A stretch of DNA of 64,000 bases. Origin: Candidatus Kerfeldbacteria bacterium CG_4_10_14_0_8_um_filter_42_10 (GTDB lineage: Bacteria > Patescibacteriota > Patescibacteriia > UM-FILTER-42-10). Positions 9,387 through 19,500 of this stretch are shown here, piece after piece. Each line of letters starts with the position of its first letter. Within the stretch, counting starts at the first letter, position 1. The stretch lies in the NCBI GenBank assembly GCA_002784945.1, contig PFMD01000024.1:17858-81857 (forward strand), read 5' to 3'. The notes beneath the pieces are model-generated. The model did not search any database. It saw only the letters and a list, made by a program, of their open reading frames with translations, and was not told the DNA's origin. A program made the position numbers and the translations under genes.

Positions 9387-9884
9387 TTAATAATCGTACC
9401 AATCCACCGGATCAATTCTGGTAATGTGCTCGCGGGTTTTCACTTCAACCTTTATTGGATTATGCGAAGGACATTCGTATAACATTCCGCAGGTAACAAA
9501 CTTAGAATAATACGCTTTGTCTTCATTGGTGTACCCAATTTTTTCCCTTCCCTCTTCTACCAAATGGCTAAAAATATAGTAGTCTCCCGGAGGAACATTC
9601 AGTTTGTAGCCTAAGCCATAAGTATAATCATTACTTTCTATCATTTCATAAGTACAGTATAAATCTTCCTTTTCGGTGGTCTCGGCGCAAACGCCCATTG
9701 CCGGTATCGCTTCGCTGGGATAGCTCAAAGAGCCAGAGATAGTTCCCCAATGGGCTCTAGAATCAGGCGGATCGACTTGATATGTTACAGCCGGCACCCT
9801 TTTCAATATTAATGATCCCGCACCGACAACCACAATAAGTAAAAAGATTAAGAGAACGATTACTAATATAAATTTCTTTTTCAT
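9387..9884 (-). CDS. Hypothetical membrane-anchored protein
   Basis: N-terminal TM helix, GSLSYPSE motif, four Cys in the extracellular part. Confidence 0.75.
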   Translation of the reverse strand: MKKKFILVIVLLIFLLIVVVGAGSLILKRVPAVTYQVDPPDSRAHWGTISGSLSYPSEAIPAMGVCAETTEKEDLYCTYEMIESNDYTYGLGYKLNVPPGDYYIFSHLVEEGREKIGYTNEDKAYYSKFVTCGMLYECPSHNPIKVEVKTREHITRIDPVDWYDY

Positions 9885-9891
9885 TTTTTTA

Positions 9892-11202
9892 TTAGCTTAT
9901 GCGAATATAAGACCAGCCCCTAATAAATTCTCTAACGGTGGTCAGCTCTTTTTTATAAGGGTCTAAAACCTTAGCGTCAAGCAAACGGGAATCAATACTT
10001 TGAAGATTATTAGGAGGAATGCCAGGGTTGTCTTCAGTTCCCCCCGATAGTTTTTTAAGCTCTTTGACGATTTCCTCCCATTCCAGATTAGAAATTCCGG
10101 CAGGACGAATCATTAAAGAGGTGTGGTTGAGAAAATTGCCGTATTTCTCTCCGGTAATTGAAAGCATGGCCTCGTGTTTTTGTCCGGGGAGATCGGGATC
10201 ATCGCCCAAACTTAAATGTTGGGATAGATTGCGTTCTAACCATTGCATAGAATCGCCGCACCGGCCGTATTCATTGACATCGACAAAATCGGCGCTGTTC
10301 CCGTCAAAGCCGTGGTCCAAAACGGCCACCACGTGCTGCCACCAAAACTGAGGATGCCAGATTCTGGTCTCGGTTCTGATGTTTTTAATTTGGCCATTGA
10401 ACCATTCCTTCATCTTCTCGCCATCTAAAAGTTTGTCTATCTCTGATTCGGTATAGCGGTACCCCAATCTTTGGCGAATTTTTTCCACTTCTTCGCGGCG
10501 GTCAAACCTTTCTTTAGAGACCAGACTACCGGAAGCGGGATCAAAAGTATAAGTGGTTTCAATATTGCCCTCTACCGAGATAGTTTGGGTAAGAAGCCCA
10601 TTATCATCTTGGACGTCAATTTGGCAATTGCATTCTGGATAATCTCCTTCCGCTGTAATCACTTGGGCATTCTTTTTGCCGCGTAAAAACTTGCTACATT
10701 GATCTTGGCAAGTTAAACCAGTGGCTCCTAAAGTAGATAAGGAAGTATTAGCGTTACTTACCGAAGTGTTAATATTAACATTTTTATTCTGATTTCGGTT
10801 AGCATTACTGTTTAGGGATACATTTGTATTATTATTATTCTTTGGCGCATTTACATTAGAATTTTGTTGAGATTGCTCATTGGGACAAAGTTCATCAAGA
10901 TTGACACAAGCATAGACGCAACCCGGGCAAGCGTCATAATCCGCCGGACGATAACATTCCTTATTAGGATCGGATAAATCTTCAAATTCACTGCCTGAAG
11001 AACCGCAAACGCATTGGCTAGTATAAGACCAGTGAGCATTAGCAACATCATTGCAGTCTGATTGAACACATCCTACGCCGCTCATGGGCTGCCATTCATA
11101 GCCGCTTTGGCAATCTTCTGGCCCTCTGGCTTCGGATCTTACCGGTAGCAAAAGAAAAATTCCCAAAAAAATGCTTATTAATAAAATTCTTTTGTAAAAC
11201 AT
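9892..11202 (-). CDS. Secreted Cys-rich protein with putative transglutaminase/papain-like C-terminal domain
   Basis: Signal peptide from MFYKRILL (start moved to 11202), Cys-rich domain, Asn-rich linker, GRCGD...NHTSL...LDPY. Confidence 0.7.
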   Translation of the reverse strand: MFYKRILLISIFLGIFLLLPVRSEARGPEDCQSGYEWQPMSGVGCVQSDCNDVANAHWSYTSQCVCGSSGSEFEDLSDPNKECYRPADYDACPGCVYACVNLDELCPNEQSQQNSNVNAPKNNNNTNVSLNSNANRNQNKNVNINTSVSNANTSLSTLGATGLTCQDQCSKFLRGKKNAQVITAEGDYPECNCQIDVQDDNGLLTQTISVEGNIETTYTFDPASGSLVSKERFDRREEVEKIRQRLGYRYTESEIDKLLDGEKMKEWFNGQIKNIRTETRIWHPQFWWQHVVAVLDHGFDGNSADFVDVNEYGRCGDSMQWLERNLSQHLSLGDDPDLPGQKHEAMLSITGEKYGNFLNHTSLMIRPAGISNLEWEEIVKELKKLSGGTEDNPGIPPNNLQSIDSRLLDAKVLDPYKKELTTVREFIRGWSYIRIS

Positions 11203-11230
11203 AGACTCTATCTTATTGATTAGTAATTGA

Positions 11231-11497
11231 TTACTTTTTCTTTGCTTCATCCAAAGTCGCGGATTTCTTTTTTCTAAGATGTAATACTACAAAACAGGTG
11301 ACACAATAAACAACGGTTACTCCAGCCAGATACCAAGCCATTTTGGTCCAATCGGTGTAAAATCCCATTTCACCGTACTCCTCGCCGGTTATGGGATCAA
11401 TTTTATGATATTCCGTAATTGACCGGTTGTAAAAGCTAAGAAAAACCGTGGCAATAATTATTATCCATCCTGTGAAAATTAGGACAATTTTTTTCAT
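11231..11497 (-). CDS. Small 2-TM membrane protein
   Basis: GGAGG RBS then MKKIVLIF; two hydrophobic segments. Confidence 0.7.
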   Translation of the reverse strand: MKKIVLIFTGWIIIIATVFLSFYNRSITEYHKIDPITGEEYGEMGFYTDWTKMAWYLAGVTVVYCVTCFVVLHLRKKKSATLDEAKKK

Positions 11498-11504
11498 ATT
11501 AATT

Positions 11505-12146
11505 TCACCCTCCAAAATCCTTTAATTCCATGCTAGGATCTTCTAACAGCTCAATCTGATCATCTTGCACCATAATCGCCTGCTGGTCCGTAAGCAATTT
11601 AGCCGGATATTTCGCCGCCTGTATTTTTGGCTGGATAATCTGCTCTTCTTCTCGCTTATAATGAGCCAAGATTAAAAAGGGAACCAGATTCATTGCGGTA
11701 AAATCGGTGACTCCGTGACGGTTAAACTTTTTGGGATTCCTCCAAGTGGCCGTCTCAATGGTCGGGCAGGCTACGTAAGCGCCGGCGCTGGAGCCGCAGT
11801 ATACTCCCCCTCTTTCCAGAAATTCTTTCAGCACTTGTTCAAACCCGCTCTCTCGAATACATTTAAGCAGAAAATAGGAATTGCCGCCCAGCATATTGAT
11901 AGCATCCTTGTCTTTCAAAATTTCCCGCAACTCATTGGGGTTTTTTCCTTCGATATCAATATCCTCAAAGTCCCATCCCAATTTCCGCATACGAGTGACA
12001 TGTTTTTGAATATAAGCCGTGTCAGGCACGCTTTTTCCGGCAGTGGTAATATAAGCCCATTTGATTTGATCGCGGGGCTTATCAAAAATTTCGTATTTCC
12101 CGTCAGTAATGTAGGTGCCGCGGGAAGCGAGAAGAAGTTTTTTCAT
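11505..12146 (-). CDS. Peptidase E (S51) family, class I GATase-like
   Basis: GGNSYFL, YCGSSAGA nucleophile elbow, LAHY. Confidence 0.9.
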   Translation of the reverse strand: MKKLLLASRGTYITDGKYEIFDKPRDQIKWAYITTAGKSVPDTAYIQKHVTRMRKLGWDFEDIDIEGKNPNELREILKDKDAINMLGGNSYFLLKCIRESGFEQVLKEFLERGGVYCGSSAGAYVACPTIETATWRNPKKFNRHGVTDFTAMNLVPFLILAHYKREEEQIIQPKIQAAKYPAKLLTDQQAIMVQDDQIELLEDPSMELKDFGG

Positions 12147-12176
12147 TGTTTATCGGAATTTATTTATTATCGTTTG

Positions 12177-12746
12177 TCATCTGATGTTTGCCTCCACCAG
12201 TTTTTCTATTTTTCTTAAAATATCCAGCACCTGGTCGCTTAGTAGTGCCGGAATAAACTTCTTCTTATCCTTTTTAGAAGGATTAAAGATTTTTTCCAGC
12301 GGCCAGAATTCCAAGCTGGTGGCTTTGCCTTTCTCAATCTTCAGATCATTTAATTCCCCGTTGTATTCAAAAGCATACACTACCCTAATTACATTATTGG
12401 TCATGTTAGTAACTTGATCATAACTTTTTTGGCGCATTTTAGTTATAAAAACCAAATCAGACGGGTTTGCCTTGATTCCGGTTTCCTCCTTAAGTTCCTT
12501 CACCGCCGTTTTAAGATAATCATCCCCTATTTCCACATGCCCGCCGGTGGAAGCATCCAGCAGACCAGGATAAGTATCTTTATCTCTTGCCCGCTTTTGC
12601 AAAAGAACCCCTTTTTTCCGATTGAAAACCCAAATATGAATTTCGCGATGAAGCAATCCATTTTGATGGATGTTTTCTCTGGTATCCTGACCAATCACCT
12701 GATCATTTTTATCAATAATATTCAGTTTTCGTTTTAATTCGGACAT
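12177..12746 (-). CDS. NUDIX hydrolase, IDI-like
   Basis: GLLHREIH, LLQKR..KDTYPGLLDASTGGHV...KELKEETG. Confidence 0.9.
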   Translation of the reverse strand: MSELKRKLNIIDKNDQVIGQDTRENIHQNGLLHREIHIWVFNRKKGVLLQKRARDKDTYPGLLDASTGGHVEIGDDYLKTAVKELKEETGIKANPSDLVFITKMRQKSYDQVTNMTNNVIRVVYAFEYNGELNDLKIEKGKATSLEFWPLEKIFNPSKKDKKKFIPALLSDQVLDILRKIEKLVEANIR

Positions 12747-12870
12747 TCTAATTTTGAATTATGTATGTTTTGGAATGGCTGTAAACCTAAAGGTTTTTGC
12801 TACATCTTCTACATCCTACGATTTTCTACCTACTACCTACAAGCTACAAGCTAAAAAGCTACAAGCTAAT

Positions 12871-15771
12871 TCAAACCGCCCGCTCTTCGCAAATCTCCCG
12901 AAAATCGCAAGCGGCGCATTTATAAACAGACGGCGTGGCGGTAAAATCGCCTGTCCTGATTTCTTCAATGTTTTTCTTGATTTTAACCTTTAGCTTTCCG
13001 ACATCCTCCTCATTGGCGGTAAAGGAATATTTTTCGTTGCCGTCGATATAGTAAAAGCTTAACAGCGCCGCTTCTTTTTTAAACACCTCTTTCATGGCCA
13101 AATAGTAAATTAACAGCTGATTATGGTCGATTTGTGATTTCACTTTTGGTTTTTTGCCCGTTTTGTAATCAATAATCTCTACCGTTTCTTGGCCCATTCG
13201 ATCCACACGGTCAATGAATCCGCGCACGGAGTATTCTCCCACTTTTATATTAAACCCTTTTTCCAGGAATTCCGGCGGCCGGAAATTTTTATGATTCTTT
13301 TCGTAAAATTCCTCCAGCATTATTTGGCCCGCTTTTTTCCTTTCCTGCTCGTGCTGTTTGGTATCATACCAATCGTCAATCCAATTGTCTTCGTACAGTT
13401 TGAGCAAATCGGCTTTCGCTGGTTTTTCCCCTTGCTGAATTAAAGTGTAAAAAGCGCGCAGGGTATTATGAACGGATGAACCAAAGCTGTAGGTGTGCCT
13501 GCCGGCCAATACCGGTATTTTCCAAATAAACATGTATTTGTATTGCTTAGGGCAGGTTTCAAAAGCTTTGAACTGGGAAAAACTGAATCTTTCCGGCAAA
13601 GGATATTGGATTTTTTCTTTCTTAGCGGATTTTTTCTGGACAATGTCGAATCCTAAATTCAACTGTTCTACTGGTTTTTCTTTCTCTTCTTTCTTTACTT
13701 TTATTTCGTACAGGAATCGGGAGGGTTTCTTTTTGGTTTTGCCGCCCACATCCAAGGCGGAGGTGAAATAGAGCCCCTCTTTGGCCCGAGTGCAGGCCAC
13801 ATAGAATAATCTTCTTTCTTCTTGCAAATGGACATCTCCTTCAGGCAGGATTTCTTTAATCAAACTATTAGGAACTTCTATTTGCTCTTTTCGTTCAATG
13901 CTGGGAAAGCGCTTATCCACCATATTGGCAATAAATACCTGGGAAAATTCCAACCCCTTGGCGCCGTGAACCGTCATAATCTTCACGCTCTCCGGGCCTT
14001 CTTCTGCTTGGGCCGGGGCCGGATCTTCCCCGATATCAATAATTAACCCCAGCTCGGCCATAAAGTTTTTAACCGTCGGCTCGCTGTGGCTTTTTTCGAA
14101 TTCCTGGATTTTTCTAAAAAACTTGCTGATATTTTGGATTTTCTTGTGGTAATCAGGATCATCCTTGCTGCTCAGTTTTTTCAGATAACCGATCGACTTC
14201 AAAAATTCATAAGCCACTTGCCCCACCGATTTTTCTTTGGCCATTTGGGTCTGCTTTTTGATTAAATCCAAAATAAAGCGGATAACTTCTTTGGTTTTAG
14301 GCTGAATATAGTAAACTTGGTCGATTTGTTCCAATGTCTCGTAGATTGAACAACGTTTACGGTTAGTAAAGTTTAAAATACGAATCAAATCGCGCATATC
14401 AATGTTAAAAGCATCCATCGATAATACCCGAAACAGGCTCGGGCTCTCATGGTAGTTGTCGAGCATCCTGAGCCAGGCAATAACGTCTAGAATCTCCGGC
14501 TGTTGGTAAAGCCCTCGAGCCGCCACGTACTGATAAGGCACTTCTTGATTGATAAACGTTTTTACGAAAATGTCCGCCTGGTTGTTGGCTCGCACTAAAA
14601 TAGCGAAGTCATTCCAGGTCAGTTTCGGATTCTGCCTTTTCAACTTCAGAATTTCCCGCAGAACATCCAGCACTTCATCTTCTTCGGTTTCTGATTCAAT
14701 GTGCTTGATCACCGCTTCGCCTTTTTGCCAGGCTAAAAGCTTTTTGCTGACTCTTTTTATTTTAGGAGCCTTGGCGCCGGTCTTCTTGAGCTGATATTCT
14801 AATCGATTGGGATTGTTTAGTTGGATAAACTGATAGGCTAAATCCAGAATATTCTGCCGAGAGCGGTAGTTTTTAACCAGAATCACCTCCTTGGATTTGG
14901 GAAAATCCTTTTTGAACTCCAAAATATTGCTCATGGAGGCGCCCCGAAAGCGGTAAATGGCCTGATCGTCATCTCCCACCACGGTGAGATTATTTTTAGG
15001 ATAAGCCAAAAGTTTCAGCAATTCGTACTGGGCATGGTTAGTATCTTGGAATTCATCCACCAGAATATATTTGAACTGTTTTCTGAATTTTTCCAAAACC
15101 GTTTTTCTTTTTTGAAACAACTCCAAGGTACGAATAATTAAATCGCCGAAATCAAAGTAGCCGTTTTGATTCAGAAGATCTTGGTATTTTTTATAAGCTT
15201 TAGCGGCTTCTAAAGTCTTTTCGGCCTCTTCTTGTTGATCAGGCTTTAGATTTTTTTTCTTGGTTAAAGATTGGGCGTACTTTAAGTATTCTTCCGGTGA
15301 AATGTTTTCATCCTTTACGCGGGAAAAATGCTGGATCAAGGCTTGGATAAAGCGGGTGGGATTGCCGAGCGGCTTATAATAATTTAATTCAAACTGGTCG
15401 AGATTTTGCTGGATCAAAAGCCATTGTTCCGCCCGAGACAGAATTTGGAATCCGGAATCAAGGCCGATTTCTAAAGCGTAATCCCTTAGAATCCGCTCGC
15501 CAAAGGAATGGAAAGTAGAAACCCATAAATCCACGTAGCCGTAAGGCAATAATTGATCAACTCTTTCTTCCATTTCGCCAGCCGCTTTTTCGGTAAAGGT
15601 AAGGGCCAGGATTTCATCGGGATTCGCTTTTTTCTGCTCAATCAGCCAAGCCAGCCTTTGAGTAATCACGGTAGTCTTTCCCGTACCGGCACCGGCCACA
15701 ATTAAAAGCGGCCCTTCACCATGAGTAACCGCTTTTTTTTGCTCTAGATTAAGCGTTTTGAGGAATTCCAT
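12871..15771 (-). CDS. UvrD/PcrA-type SF1 helicase fused to a C-terminal PD-(D/E)XK nuclease (AdnB/AddA-like)
   Basis: AGAGTGKT, LVDEFQDTN, GDDDQAIYRFRGA, TVHGAKGLEF, EERRLFYVACTRA; nuclease GFIDRVD..IIDYKTG with Cys staple (TCP...CAACDFREIC). Confidence 0.95.
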   Translation of the reverse strand: MEFLKTLNLEQKKAVTHGEGPLLIVAGAGTGKTTVITQRLAWLIEQKKANPDEILALTFTEKAAGEMEERVDQLLPYGYVDLWVSTFHSFGERILRDYALEIGLDSGFQILSRAEQWLLIQQNLDQFELNYYKPLGNPTRFIQALIQHFSRVKDENISPEEYLKYAQSLTKKKNLKPDQQEEAEKTLEAAKAYKKYQDLLNQNGYFDFGDLIIRTLELFQKRKTVLEKFRKQFKYILVDEFQDTNHAQYELLKLLAYPKNNLTVVGDDDQAIYRFRGASMSNILEFKKDFPKSKEVILVKNYRSRQNILDLAYQFIQLNNPNRLEYQLKKTGAKAPKIKRVSKKLLAWQKGEAVIKHIESETEEDEVLDVLREILKLKRQNPKLTWNDFAILVRANNQADIFVKTFINQEVPYQYVAARGLYQQPEILDVIAWLRMLDNYHESPSLFRVLSMDAFNIDMRDLIRILNFTNRKRCSIYETLEQIDQVYYIQPKTKEVIRFILDLIKKQTQMAKEKSVGQVAYEFLKSIGYLKKLSSKDDPDYHKKIQNISKFFRKIQEFEKSHSEPTVKNFMAELGLIIDIGEDPAPAQAEEGPESVKIMTVHGAKGLEFSQVFIANMVDKRFPSIERKEQIEVPNSLIKEILPEGDVHLQEERRLFYVACTRAKEGLYFTSALDVGGKTKKKPSRFLYEIKVKKEEKEKPVEQLNLGFDIVQKKSAKKEKIQYPLPERFSFSQFKAFETCPKQYKYMFIWKIPVLAGRHTYSFGSSVHNTLRAFYTLIQQGEKPAKADLLKLYEDNWIDDWYDTKQHEQERKKAGQIMLEEFYEKNHKNFRPPEFLEKGFNIKVGEYSVRGFIDRVDRMGQETVEIIDYKTGKKPKVKSQIDHNQLLIYYLAMKEVFKKEAALLSFYYIDGNEKYSFTANEEDVGKLKVKIKKNIEEIRTGDFTATPSVYKCAACDFREICEERAV

Positions 15772-15858
15772 GAGGTAATTTTAGCACAAAAAGTTCAATG
15801 ATAAAAAGAAATGAAAAAGCAGTCTCGTTTCAAGACTGCTCTGGAAAGTACGGCTGAA

Positions 15859-16464
15859 TCATCGGTTCCGGTCAAACCATCGCTTGATCAGAAGTCCTGC
15901 CTTCTTCTTGACTACGTAGAGTTTTACCTTCTTCTTCAAAATACCTTTCTCTCCAGGCGTCCAATCCATCAAAAATACCGGCAAGACCACGTCTTCTGAC
16001 ACTTCCAAGTGAGCGGTTACTACTTCGTCTGCACGCATAGTAGCCAGAAGCATATCAGAAAGAGAAACTTCCAGCTTGTGCGCTTTGCCGCAATGAATTC
16101 CGTGCGCGATCATCAGAACCGTAGTGCCCTTTTTGAGTTGATGGAATGCCTCTGTCAAATCCCATTTCAACACGACCTGAGCAGCATGAAGGTATTCTTT
16201 GGTCGCAGCGTCAAAACCGCTGTTAGGATCAAGACCCAGAAGAAAACCGCCCCCATTGAGCTTTAGTAAATGTTGCCGCGGATTCACCTCTTTCAGCTTC
16301 ATTTCTAGAAGCAGGGAATAATCGCCATCAGCGCACATGCAGCCGATAATTCCGCCTCGGGCCAGTTCGCGGATTCGCTCATGTTTCATCAGCTGCAATC
16401 CGCCTTCCCGAATGAGCCAATTGACAAACTCCAGTGAATCTTGGATTTCTTGTGATTCAGTCAC
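15859..16464 (-). CDS. Hypothetical protein, possibly beta-carbonic-anhydrase-like metal-binding fold
   Basis: CADGD...NGGG...HGIHCG pattern; GTG start preceded by a GAGGGGG RBS. Confidence 0.55.
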   Translation of the reverse strand: MTESQEIQDSLEFVNWLIREGGLQLMKHERIRELARGGIIGCMCADGDYSLLLEMKLKEVNPRQHLLKLNGGGFLLGLDPNSGFDAATKEYLHAAQVVLKWDLTEAFHQLKKGTTVLMIAHGIHCGKAHKLEVSLSDMLLATMRADEVVTAHLEVSEDVVLPVFLMDWTPGEKGILKKKVKLYVVKKKAGLLIKRWFDRNR

Positions 16465-16542
16465 AGATTCCCCCTCTGGTTAAGGTTAAAGAACAATGCA
16501 TTTTACCCATCCTAGACCAAAGTTGATTTTAAATCAAGATTG

Positions 16543-16567
16543 AAAAAACCGGGCTTTTGGAGCCCGG
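16543..16567 (-). terminator. Rho-independent terminator of the 1833-aa surface protein gene
   Basis: CCGGGCT/AGCCCGG stem with T6 on the minus strand. Confidence 0.7.
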
Positions 16568-16598
16568 CTTTTCGCGAGGAGGATTGTACTTAGTATTA

Positions 16599-19500
16599 TT
16601 AATTTATGAATTTAGTAAGTACTCCTCCTCTGAACGTTTCATCATAAGCCATGAACCAGTTGCTTACGACAAGCTCGTCATTTTCCACGTTGATTATTCT
16701 GACATTCGGGCCGCCGCCACTTAACGGAGTAACGACCAAGGATGATGTTCCGTCACCATTCAGATCCGCTACTCGAACCGTCATTTCACCGCGGAAATCA
16801 GCGGCATAGGCATAGGTCCAATCAAGGAGGGTCAGCTGGCCTGCGGCATCGTATTCGTAAATCCGCAGATTCGGGCCGCCGTTCTGCAGCGGATAAACCA
16901 CCACCTCCCGATAGGCATCACCGTCTAAATTGGATACTTCTAATCCGACTCCTCCCCTGAAATCATCGGCAAATACCATGGCCCAATCTTTCAGGTCAAA
17001 ATCTTCCGTAGCAGAGTTGTAACTGTAAACTCTTAGGTTAGGACCGCCGTTGGTAGCCGGAGCAACGATTATTTCCGCCTGATCGTCTTTATCTAAATCA
17101 AATACCTTTACTTCCATCAAACCGCGGTAATCATCACTGAAAGGCTGAATCCAATTAATCAGTTCAAAGGCTCCGGTTTCGGAATTATAGCTATAAGCCC
17201 TGATGTTTGCTCCGCCGGCTTCTTCTGGGTAAGTGATAATATCTTTCTGGCCGTCCCCATTAACATCACCAGTAGCAACTAAAACTCCTCCTTGGAATTC
17301 CTCTTGATAAGCCATAAACCAATCGTCCAGTTCTAAAGTACCGTGTATCGAATCATAGTGGAATACTCTGATATTAGGGCCTCCGTCAAGCGGTGAAGTA
17401 ATAACATCCACATTTCCATCACCAGTAACGTCAGCGGTGGCCACGGCAATCTCGCCTTGATATTCCTCTTGATAAGCCATAGTCCAGGCTAACAAATCAA
17501 TCGTACCGGTTTGGGAGTTGTACTTATAAGCGCGCAAGTTCGGGCCGCCGTTTCCTCGCGGCACCACTACCATGTCCTGTTTTCCATCACCGTCCAGATC
17601 AACATTGTTCACCACTTCAATCCCACCGCGGTATCCTTCGTTTAAGACCAGTTCTTGGGCCAGCAAAGTTCCGTCTTTAGCAAAGATTCTTATTTGCGGA
17701 CCGTATCCTTCGCCGTATGGCCAGGCAATAATCTCCATTTCATCATCACCGTTAACGTCGGCGGTCAGAATTCTGAATTCGCCGCGATAGGCTTCAGAGA
17801 AAGCAAAGAACTGGCTTTGTAATTCTCCTTCGGAGTTGAACACCCGAATATGGGGTGAGGAATTTTCGTTGGTAGTGACCGCAATGTCGTATGCAATGCC
17901 GGTTACGGAATCAAGCGGGGTTTCCCCTTCCGGCGAATAAATTATCGTTCGGCTGACCGTATCGGCAGTAAGCAAACCTTTCACGGCGCCTACCAGGATA
18001 GTGTTTTCTCCTTCTAACAGCCCGGCAACATTTTTAGAGAAGCTGCCGGAAGAATCCACCGTAACTTCACCGCTACTTACCCCGTTCAGCCTGACAGTCA
18101 CGATAGCGGCATTATCACTGACCGTACCGGATACCAACACCGAATCAGTAGAAACTGCCGTTCCCTCAGTTGGCGCGGTAACGCCCAACTCTAAATTTTC
18201 TGCATCCGCTGCTCTACCAGGAGTGATGGTACTGAAGGTACTGAAATGATCGGTTTGAATGTTAATTACGTTGTTGTCTTCGTCCACAATCACGCTGGCC
18301 GCACCTTCCCAAATGCCAGAAGTGCTATCAAAATATTCACCGCTCAAATCGCTTTCTAATAATCCCAGGTCTTGAAGCGCTTCTTCAGAATAAGGAATGG
18401 TCAGCGTTACGTTAGAATTAAAGCTTTGAATGGTCGAGCCGTCGTCGCCGCGGACCGTTATTTCATAACCGTACCCCTGCAAAGGCTGGGCGCCGGCCTG
18501 ATAAGCCATTTTAGCGGTAGGTTTAACCGTCAACGTTACGTTACCCTCGGTAGCGAAGGCCCGGGCCGGAGCCTGAATGGCAAAGCCGTCTTCTAATTCT
18601 AAACTGAACGATTGAGTGGAATCAAAGGTAGAGTTGGTTGATTCCGGCATTTCCCCTTGATATTCCAGTTCCAGATCTTGAGTTTTAGTGGCGGCATCAA
18701 CTACCACATCTTTCTGTTCACTAATATAGTAGGAAGTGCCGCTTTCATGAACTGCGCCAATCCGCCAGGTTTCACCTCTAGTCACGGCAATAGTGTAATC
18801 GCCATCGCTGGTAGTTGCTTCGGAATATCCGCCATTGCTGGTGTAAGCATAAATAAATGCTTGATTGTTTTCTGCTTCCAGTGTTACTTGACCGGTAATT
18901 TGAGCGTCGGCCGAGGCAAAAATTACTTCTATATTTTCCGCCGGATCATTGGGGCTGGTATAAACTAACTGCGCTCCGGTAAAGATGTAGCCTAAAGATG
19001 GTGGTAAAGAAGCATGCAGATAATACTCGCCTTCCGGAGCCATTAAGGAAAATACCCCGTTAGCATCCGAGACTGCTTCTAAGGAATCAAATCCGTAGCT
19101 GCTGTAATTATCGTCTCTTTGTTGACCAGCATAGTCCAAAGAAGCATAAACGTGAGCGCCTTCAATTTCATTTCCTTCTTCATCATGAACTACGCCGGAA
19201 ATCGCTGAATCAGCGGCCAGAACGGTAAAATCAAGCGTGATTGTTTCATCTTCTTCTACTGTAACTTTCTTTGATTCCAGGCTAGAGGGCAGATACCCCG
19301 CCCCCGACCAAGGATCAAGCCAATAATCTAAATTCCAGGTGCCCGCGGCAACTTTCAGGGAATAGGTACCATCAGGATTTATCTGACTAAAGGTATTGCC
19401 GCCTTCCGCGCGATCTCCGAAAATTTCTCCCCATAAGCCATAGACGGTGTTACCGTCGGCATCTTTGAATTTGCCCTGAATTTTGGAATTCGTGGGAATC

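Noticed and set aside
12754-12993. 79-aa plus-strand ORF
   Set aside because: It reads through a low-complexity repeat array and is antisense to the UvrD gene end.
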